A stretch of DNA of 64,000 nucleotides from assembly GCA_963797555.1 (NCBI GenBank), contig CAWCPV010000006.1, positions 32,001 to 96,000 on the forward strand, given 5' to 3'. The stretch is from an uncultured Gammaproteobacteria bacterium. Lineage in GTDB: Bacteria > Pseudomonadota > Gammaproteobacteria > CAWCPV01. A program made the translations under genes and the position numbers. How positions within the stretch are numbered: the stretch's first letter is position 1; every line of letters starts with the position of its first letter. Under the pieces are notes generated by a model. That model saw only the letters and a list, made by a program, of their open reading frames with translations. It did no database searches and was not told the origin of the DNA. Positions 10,858 to 17,927 of the stretch are shown here, piece by piece.

Positions 10858-13836
10858 ATGGCACAGGACGACAGGGAAAGGGGCGGCCAGAAAAGGGCCT
10901 TCATCTCCAGCACCTCCATCGACCTGCCGGAGCACCGCAAGCAGGTGATCGAGGCCTGCCTGCGCATGGGCTACCATCCGGTGGGGATGGAGCACTGGCC
11001 CGCCCAGGATGCCGACGCCGAGACGGTGTGCCTGCGGGCGGTCGACCGGGCGGATCTGTTCATCGGCGTCTACGCCTTCCGTTACGGCTGGGTTCCGCCG
11101 GGACACGCGGTGTCCATCACCGAGCTGGAGTACCAGCGGGCGGTCGACAAGAAGAAGCCGCGGCTGCTGTTCTTCATGGACGAGGACTACCCGCTTCCCC
11201 CACGCCTGGTGGAGAAGGGGGAAGGCGGGAAGAAGCTGGAGGCGTTCAAGAAACGGGTCGGGACCGAGCGGGTGGGGAGCTTCTTCACCACCGAGAACGA
11301 CCTGCGCGGGCTGGTCGTCCAGGCCCTCGCCGCGCACCGCGAGACCGTCCCCCCGGAGCGGGAGCGCGCCGGCTCCCCCATCCCCGCAATCCCGCAGCCT
11401 TATGTCGCGCACCCCTATACCCTGCTCCAGTCCCGCCGCCTGGTGGGGCGCGATCGGGAGCTGAGTCTCCTCACCGACTGGGTGGCCAAGCCCATGAGCG
11501 AGGTATACGCGAGCCCGGTCCTCAACTTCATCGCCATCGGCGGGATGGGCAAGAGCGCGCTCACCTGGCACTTCTTCCAGGTCATCGCTCCCCAGGAGAT
11601 GCGCCCGCTCGCCGGGCGGCTGTGGTGGAGCTTCTACGAGCGCGACGCCGGCTTCGAGCGCTTCCTGCCCCACGCTCTGGCCTACTGCTCGGGCGAGCCC
11701 CTTGCGGAGGTGGAGCGGCTCGACCCCGAGACCCAGCAGGAGCGCCTGTGGCAGCTCCTCGATCAGCGGCCTTTCCTTCTGGTTCTGGATGGCCTCGAAC
11801 GCATCCTGGTGGCGTACAACCGCCTGGATGCCCCGCGCCTGCTCGACGACGAGTTGGACGAGGCCACCGTCAACCGCGTCGCCGACGCTGGCGGCCTGCC
11901 TCCGGGCAGCGGCGAGACCTACCTCGCCCGCCACCACCTGCGTGCCTGCACCGACCCGCGCGCCGGGCGCTTCCTGCAGCGGCTCACCCGCCTCCGCACC
12001 TCGCGCATCCTCGTCAGCAGCCGGCTCTACCCCGCCGAGATCCAAACCCGTACCGGTTCGCCTCTAGCCGGCAGCACCGTGGTCTTCCAGCAGGGGCTGG
12101 AGCCCGCCGACGCCTTGGCTCTCTGGCGGGAGCTGGGGGTGCGCGGGGCGCGCGACGAGCTGCTGCCCCTGTTCGAGAGCTTCGGCTACCACCCCCTTCT
12201 GCTCCAGGCCCTGGCCGGGGAGGTGGCGGACTTCCGTCCCGCGCCTGGCGACTTTGCCGCCTGGCGCGCGGCCCACCCCGCCTTCGACCCCGGCGCCCTG
12301 CCCCTCGCCCAGCGCCACCACCACATTCTGGAGCACGCCCTGGGAGGACTGGCCGAGGCCTCGCGCCGGGTGCTGTACACCCTGGCCGGCTTTCGCATGC
12401 CCACCGGCTACGCCACTCTGCGCGCCCTGCTGGTGGGGGAAGGGGCGCCCTGCGCCGACGAGGCGGCGCTCGACCGCACCCTCACCGAGCTGGAGGACCG
12501 GGGACTGGTGGGCTGGGAGCGGCGGAGCAACCGCTACGACCTCCATCCCATCGTCCGGGCTGTGATCTGGGCGGCCCTGCCCGAGGGCGACCGCCGCGCC
12601 GTGCTGGAGGAACTGCACGACTACTTCCGGGCCCAGCCCCTGGTGAAGGATTGGCGGAAGGAGGAGTCCCTCGCCGACCTGGAGCCGGCCATCGAGCTGT
12701 ACGACAAGCTCGTCGGCCTCGGCCGCTACCAGGAGGCATTCGAGCTGTTCCGCGACCGTCTCGATGACGCCACCCTCTACCGCCTGAGCGCCGCCCCCCG
12801 CCGGCTGGAGCTGCTGCGCGCGCTGTTCCCGGACGGGGAGGAGGCCCCGCCGCGCCTGGAGAAGGCTGAGGACCAGGGCTGGACCCTGAACGCTATGGCC
12901 CAGGCATATCAGTTCAGTGGCCAGCCGGGGGCTGCGGTGGGACTGTTCCGGCAGGGGGCGACCATCGCCGAGCGGGAAGGGAACAAGCGCAACCTCGGGG
13001 TCGGTCTCCGCAACGTCTCCGACGCGCAGCGGCTGAGCGGTGGACTCCACGGGGCGGAGCGGGCGGCGCGCGGGTCCCTGGTGCTGACGCGGCAGCCTGG
13101 GGAGGCATTCCGGGAGGCGGTGAGTCTCCAACGGCTCGGCACCGCCCTCGCCGCCCGGGGCGAGGGCGGTGCCGCCGCTCGGGCACTGATCCGTTCCAGC
13201 CGCCTTCAGGAAGCCCGGGATAATCGTCAGGGTGAGGGGGTGGTCGCCGCCTACCGCGCCGAGCTGGCGCTCTCCCAGGGCCGGGCCACCGAGGCCCGCG
13301 ACCTGGCCGAGCGCGCCCGGGCGCTGGCCGGGGTCTGGCGCCACGAGCATGACTTCATCCGCACCGCCCGCTTGCAGGGTGCCGCCGCCCTCCTGCTCGA
13401 CGACCTCGCCACCGCCGCCGAGCGTCTGCACCACGCCCTGCAGCGCGCCCGGACCGTGGAGCTGGCCGAGGAGGAGTTGCCCGTCCTCGTCGCCCTGGCC
13501 GAGCTGCACCGCCGGTGCGGCGAGCCCCAGATCGCCCGCGAGCTGCTGGAGCAGGTCTGGGAGCCCGCCGAGCGGGGCCCCTATCCCCTGTTCCACGCCG
13601 ACGCCCTGGTCGTGTTGGCCCAGATCGAGCGCGATGCCGGCAATACGCCGGGCGCCATCGCCGCCGCCACACGCGCCTTCCAACTCGCCTGGTGCGATGG
13701 CCCTCCCTACGCCTATCACTGGGGCCTGGAGGCCGCCCGCGCCCATCTGAAGGCCCTCGGTGCTCCCGAGCCCGAGCTGCCGCCCTTCGACCCGACCGCC
13801 CACGAGCCCATGCCGGAGGTAGAGATAGAGCCCTGA
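10858..13836 (+). CDS. NLR-like STAND NTPase: DUF4062 effector - P-loop NTPase - TPR repeats
   Basis: AFISSTSIDL..RYG..SITELEY (DUF4062); Walker A AIGGMGKS; Walker B LLVLDGLE; HPLLL; YDLHPIVR; Ala/Arg-rich helical repeats. Confidence 0.85.
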   Translation: MAQDDRERGGQKRAFISSTSIDLPEHRKQVIEACLRMGYHPVGMEHWPAQDADAETVCLRAVDRADLFIGVYAFRYGWVPPGHAVSITELEYQRAVDKKKPRLLFFMDEDYPLPPRLVEKGEGGKKLEAFKKRVGTERVGSFFTTENDLRGLVVQALAAHRETVPPERERAGSPIPAIPQPYVAHPYTLLQSRRLVGRDRELSLLTDWVAKPMSEVYASPVLNFIAIGGMGKSALTWHFFQVIAPQEMRPLAGRLWWSFYERDAGFERFLPHALAYCSGEPLAEVERLDPETQQERLWQLLDQRPFLLVLDGLERILVAYNRLDAPRLLDDELDEATVNRVADAGGLPPGSGETYLARHHLRACTDPRAGRFLQRLTRLRTSRILVSSRLYPAEIQTRTGSPLAGSTVVFQQGLEPADALALWRELGVRGARDELLPLFESFGYHPLLLQALAGEVADFRPAPGDFAAWRAAHPAFDPGALPLAQRHHHILEHALGGLAEASRRVLYTLAGFRMPTGYATLRALLVGEGAPCADEAALDRTLTELEDRGLVGWERRSNRYDLHPIVRAVIWAALPEGDRRAVLEELHDYFRAQPLVKDWRKEESLADLEPAIELYDKLVGLGRYQEAFELFRDRLDDATLYRLSAAPRRLELLRALFPDGEEAPPRLEKAEDQGWTLNAMAQAYQFSGQPGAAVGLFRQGATIAEREGNKRNLGVGLRNVSDAQRLSGGLHGAERAARGSLVLTRQPGEAFREAVSLQRLGTALAARGEGGAAARALIRSSRLQEARDNRQGEGVVAAYRAELALSQGRATEARDLAERARALAGVWRHEHDFIRTARLQGAAALLLDDLATAAERLHHALQRARTVELAEEELPVLVALAELHRRCGEPQIARELLEQVWEPAERGPYPLFHADALVVLAQIERDAGNTPGAIAAATRAFQLAWCDGPPYAYHWGLEAARAHLKALGAPEPELPPFDPTAHEPMPEVEIEP

Positions 13837-14005
13837 ACAGCCCCTCGGGACCCGCGGAGCGCACGTGGCTGGCCCCGCCCTGCCCACCGCCCCTCCCCTC
13901 GGGTAGGAGAGGATTCATCCGCGACCTTGCAAGCCTCGGCGAGCTTGGACGGTCGCAGACCCATACGGATTCACAACCAGGCTGCGCCCCACAAGGCGTA
14001 GCCAT

Positions 14006-14080
14006 GTAGGTCGGGTTAGCGCAGCGTAACCCGACATCTCCCAACGTCGGGTTACGGCCTTGGGGCCTAACCCGACCTAC
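14006..14080. repeat. REPIN: inverted pair of GTAG-family REP palindromes
   Basis: GTAGGTCGGGTTAGCGCAGCGTAACCCGACA (14006-14036) and inverted CGTCGGGTTACGGCC..GGCCTAACCCGACCTAC (14045-14080); same family as the REPs flanking the RAYT at 35.4-36.0 kb. Confidence 0.9.
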
Positions 14081-14202
14081 CGTCTTGACGACACCCGCAA
14101 GCGAGCGGGATTTTTCGGGTGTCTTCGGCGCATTTTGACGCTAAATGCCTTGCAGCTTGAAACGATCTCGCGGGCTATACTCGCCCCGAGGGCCGGGCGC
14201 GC

Positions 14203-16908
14203 GTGACCACGATCTATCTCTCCTCCACCTACCGGGACCTGCAGGACCATCGTCGCGCCGTGTTCGACGCGCTGCGCCAGTCCGGCTACGCGGTCATCGC
14301 CATGGAGGACTATGTCGCCCGCGACGACCGGCCGGCGCCAGCGTGTCTCGCCGACGTGGAGCGCTGCAACGTCTACGTGGGGCTGTTCGCCTTCCGCTAC
14401 GGCTACTGCCCGCCGGCGGAGCACGGCAACCCCGATGGCCTGTCCATCACCGAGCTGGAGTTCCGCCGCGCCGACGCCAATCCGCGGGTCCACTGTCTGA
14501 CCTTCCTGCTGGACGAGAAGGCACCGTGGCCTCCCGACCAGATGGACGCCGTCACCGGTGAGAACGAAGGCGGAAAGCGCATCAAGGCGCTGCGCGAGTA
14601 CCTTGGCCGGGAGAAGATGGCGAGCTTCTTCGCCGCGCCCCAGGAGCTGGCCAGCAAGGTCCAGTCCGCGATCACCAAGCTCCTCGCCGGTGAGAGATCG
14701 GTGCCCAGTCCCGGCGAAGACCGGCAAGCGCCGGTCACCTGGGATGTCGATGAGCTGGGCTCACCCTATCCGGGCCTGATGCACTTCACCCCGCGTTACG
14801 CCCCTGTCTACTTCGGCCGGGAGGCCAAGGTGCGCGAGGTGCTGGACCGGCTGCACCTGCCGGCGGGGCGGTTCGTCATCGTCAGCGGCGACTCGGGCAC
14901 GGGCAAGTCCTCGCTGGTGGACGCCGGAGTGCTCCCGCGGCTCGCGGCCGGGGCCTTGCCGGGGGGTGTCGCGGCCGAAACGGTACGCATCGTGCCGAGC
15001 CAGGGGACCGACCCCTTCGACGCCCTCCTTCGCGGCCTGCACACTCAGGCTGAGGAGGCGGGCCTCGACCCGTTCACGACGGCCCGGACGCTGGCCCGGC
15101 GCCCGGCCGACCTGAGCCCGACGCTGAGCCAAATCATCGAACGGGGTCTGACGCGCGACGCCCTGGTCCTGTTCTTGGACCAGATGGAGGAGCTGTTCGC
15201 GGGCACCGACCGCGCGGCACTGGAGGTCAACTCCGCCGGGCCGTTCCTCGCCGGCCTTTACCGCACCGCCCAGAACGGCAGGCTCTGGGTGATCGCCACC
15301 ATCCGCAGCGACTGGCTGCATCGCTGCTACGCCCACCCGGATATGCTCGCCGTGCTGCGCGGCCCCGGCCATTACCCCTTGGGACAGGTGTTTCCCCACA
15401 CCATGCACGACATGATCGTGCGGCCCGCCCACTGTGCCGGCCTGCAGGTGTCCGAGTCCCTCGCCAGCCGGCTCATCGCGGATGCCGGGGCCGAGCCGGG
15501 CAGCCTCCCCCCGCTCGCCTTCGTGCTGCAGCGGCTGTTCGAGCTGCGCCGGGACGATGCCTTGAGCGAGGACGTGTACCTGCGGGACCTGGGCGGACTG
15601 GAGGGAGCGCTTTCCGGCCATGCGGCCGAGGCGGAGGCGGCAATGGGCCAGGACCTCGGCCCGCAAGCGATCGAGGATAAACTGCCGCAGGTCTTCGAGT
15701 CGCTGGTCCGGGTGAGCGTCCAGGGCCTGCCGACTCGCCGCCGTGCCAAGCTCTCCGCCATCCCGGGCGACGTGCGCCCGGTGATCGAGCACCTATTGCG
15801 GGCCCGGCTGTTGACGGCGGAGGGCGAGGGCGCGGAGGCCCTGGTGTCCGTGGCCCACGGGCGCCTGTTCGATGCCTGGCCGAGCCTCGCCCGCTGGGTC
15901 GCGGCCCACCAGGACGACCTGCGCCTGCTGCGCCAGGGGGAGCTGGACGCCGCGGAGTGGGCGCGGCAAGGCTATGACCTGGTCCACCTCTGGCACCCGA
16001 AGCGCTTGAAGCGTCTGCAGCGGGTCATCGATGCCCTGCCGCCCGACCGGGCTGACCCCGAGGTGCGCGAATTTGCCTGGCCCCAGACGCGGATGCTCCA
16101 GCGGGTGGTCGCAGGTGCCATGAGCCACGACCACGAGGAGCGGCGCACGGTAGGGACCTACCTCGCCGAGCTGGGCGACCCGCGACCCGGGGTCGGCGTG
16201 GGTTCCGACGGCAACCCCGACATCGACTGGGTGCCCATCGCTGGCGGCAAGGTGGTCCTGGAGGAGAAGGCGGGTCAGGCCAATGTCGAACCCTTCGAGC
16301 TGGCCCGCTATCCCGTCACCAACGCTCAGTTTCATGCCTTCACAGCCGCCGAGGATGTCTACCGCGACCCCCGCTGGTGGCAGAACATGCCGGATGGCGC
16401 GAGCGACGGACCCGCCGCATCCCGCTGGCCCGAGACGAGCCACCCGCGGGTGGAGGTCTCCTGGTACGAGGCGGTAGCCTTCTGTCGCTGGCTGTCCCAC
16501 CGGCTCGGGTTCGAGGTGCGCCTGCCCACGGAGTTCGAGTGGCAGCAGGCAGCGACGGGCGGTGATCCCCAAAACGTCTACCCGTGGGGCGGGGAGTGGG
16601 ACGCCGCGCGCTGCAACAGCGCCGAGAGCGGCCTCAACCGCACCACCGCAGTTGGGCTCTATCCTGCCGGGGCGAGCGCTCAGCGCGTACTTGACCTGGC
16701 GGGGAACATCTGGGAATGGTGCCTGAACAAGTACGACGAACCGACTGAGCCGATGGGGTCCCCTGAGGACCGGGGGGCGTTGCGCGGCGGTTCGTGGAAC
16801 TTCAACTCCGACTACTGTCGCGCCGCCTCCCGCACGTCCGTGCACCAGGACTTCCGCAACGACAACATCGCGTTTCGTGTGGTTCGTCCCGTATCTTCAG
16901 ATCACTGA
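14203..16908 (+). CDS. NLR-like DGR target 1: DUF4062 - STAND NTPase (nSTAND1-like) - FGE-sulfatase/CLec domain with C-terminal VR
   Basis: IYLSSTYRDL..SITELEF; SPYPGL..YFGRE; GDSGTGKSS; LFLDQMEELF; TIRSD; YPVTNAQF, RLPTEFEWQ, DLAGNIWEW, RGGSW..FRVV. Confidence 0.9.
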   Translation: MTTIYLSSTYRDLQDHRRAVFDALRQSGYAVIAMEDYVARDDRPAPACLADVERCNVYVGLFAFRYGYCPPAEHGNPDGLSITELEFRRADANPRVHCLTFLLDEKAPWPPDQMDAVTGENEGGKRIKALREYLGREKMASFFAAPQELASKVQSAITKLLAGERSVPSPGEDRQAPVTWDVDELGSPYPGLMHFTPRYAPVYFGREAKVREVLDRLHLPAGRFVIVSGDSGTGKSSLVDAGVLPRLAAGALPGGVAAETVRIVPSQGTDPFDALLRGLHTQAEEAGLDPFTTARTLARRPADLSPTLSQIIERGLTRDALVLFLDQMEELFAGTDRAALEVNSAGPFLAGLYRTAQNGRLWVIATIRSDWLHRCYAHPDMLAVLRGPGHYPLGQVFPHTMHDMIVRPAHCAGLQVSESLASRLIADAGAEPGSLPPLAFVLQRLFELRRDDALSEDVYLRDLGGLEGALSGHAAEAEAAMGQDLGPQAIEDKLPQVFESLVRVSVQGLPTRRRAKLSAIPGDVRPVIEHLLRARLLTAEGEGAEALVSVAHGRLFDAWPSLARWVAAHQDDLRLLRQGELDAAEWARQGYDLVHLWHPKRLKRLQRVIDALPPDRADPEVREFAWPQTRMLQRVVAGAMSHDHEERRTVGTYLAELGDPRPGVGVGSDGNPDIDWVPIAGGKVVLEEKAGQANVEPFELARYPVTNAQFHAFTAAEDVYRDPRWWQNMPDGASDGPAASRWPETSHPRVEVSWYEAVAFCRWLSHRLGFEVRLPTEFEWQQAATGGDPQNVYPWGGEWDAARCNSAESGLNRTTAVGLYPAGASAQRVLDLAGNIWEWCLNKYDEPTEPMGSPEDRGALRGGSWNFNSDYCRAASRTSVHQDFRNDNIAFRVVRPVSSDH
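16780..16908 (+). repeat. DGR variable region VR1 (+IMH) of target 1
   Basis: 16798-16890 aligns ungapped to 17059-17151: 17 mismatches in 93 nt, 10 opposite TR adenines. Confidence 0.85.
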
Positions 16909-17058
16909 TCACTGAGATGCGCGCGGAGCGCCGACATCGCCGATCCGGTCGCCCGTGGAACGGCGGGCGGTGCGTGGCGGCTCGCGGACCGTTTCCTCCG
17001 GACCGAAACGGGCCGCACGTAGTGCGCCCGAATGGGGCACGCCAGGATGGCGTGCATC

Positions 17059-17151
17059 AACATCGACTCCGACAACTGTCGCGCCGCCAACCGCAACAAC
17101 AACCACCCGGACGACCGCAACGACAACATCCGGTTTCGTGTGGTTCGTCCC
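17059..17151 (+). ncRNA. DGR template repeat TR1 (degenerate)
   Basis: AAC-rich copy of VR1 (gccAACcgcAACAACAACcac..AACgacAAC), outside any credible gene, followed by a structured spacer. Confidence 0.8.
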
Positions 17152-17329
17152 ACATCCTGCCCGCTTCCAGGCGCGGCTCCGGCGGCGTGGGGCCGGGCCC
17201 CGCGGGGGCACCACCCTCCCGCAACGCCGGTCGAGCACGCTTGGCCGGCCGAGGCGGAAAGGGCTAGATGGCGCAGGTCGATCCGGTCCGCACCGGGGCA
17301 CATCCCTCCGGTCGGGCGCATACCAAACC

Positions 17330-17364
17330 AGGGCGCATCCTGGAGGCGACTCCCGATGCGCCCT
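17330..17364 (+). other. Long hairpin at the 3' end of the TR1 spacer
   Basis: AGGGCGCATC/GATGCGCCCT outer stem, GGAG-GCGA-CTCC inner stem with a GNRA loop. Confidence 0.6.
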
Positions 17365-17555
17365 ACCTTCCATCCGCCTCGACGCGCCGGCGCCAACCGC
17401 CGAGCAGCCGCCCGATCTCCGCGGTGATCCGGCTCACGTGCTCGTACTGCCCGTCCTTCAGCCACGCCCAGCGGTTGATGAGACGCAGGTAGACCCGCAG
17501 CGATTGCAGCGCCACGTCGGCGCGCTGCAGGGCGCGCGCCCGGGCGAAGCGTGCC
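17363..17555 (-). pseudogene. avd: avd (DGR accessory protein), 3' half only
   Basis: LQRADVALQSLRVYLRL..LKDGQYEHVSRITAEIGRLLGGW, homologous to the C-terminus of the intact Avd at 30360-30758; no N-terminus. Confidence 0.85.
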
Positions 17556-17559
17556 CTAG

Positions 17560-17927
17560 TCGAGCGGCTCGCTGCCGTGCGGCTCACCCTGCACGCGGAC
17601 AGCGCCCAGGTCCTGCCGGTCGCGTGCGGCATTCCCTGGCTCGGCTTTATCGTGTACCCGGACCATCGGCGCGTGAAGCGGCGCAAGGTGGTGGCCGCGA
17701 GCCGCCGGCTCACCGCCCGCTACGACGCCTGGCGCCGGGGCGACATCACCTTCGCCGAACTGGACGCCAGCGTGCAGGGCTGCATCGGCCACGTGCGCTA
17801 CGCCGATTCCTGGGGACTACGGGAACATGTGCTGGCCCGGTTCGACCTGTCCGAGCGATGGCCGTGGAAGCCCAGGACCCGGAAACAACCGCGAAGGCGC
17901 GCTGCGCGCGCCTTCAGAAACCAGTGA
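17560..17927 (+). pseudogene. DGR reverse transcriptase, C-terminal (thumb) fragment
   Basis: RLTLH..GIPWLGFIVYPDHRRVKRRKV..DASVQGCIGHVRYADSWGLR parallels the C-terminus of the RT at 29282-30373; YxDD palm absent. Confidence 0.85.
17893..17915 (-). other. Perfect 10-bp hairpin/cruciform with GCA loop downstream of VR2 (DGR target recognition element)
   Basis: GAAGGCGCGC-GCA-GCGCGCCTTC, 12 nt after the target 2 stop. Confidence 0.75.
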
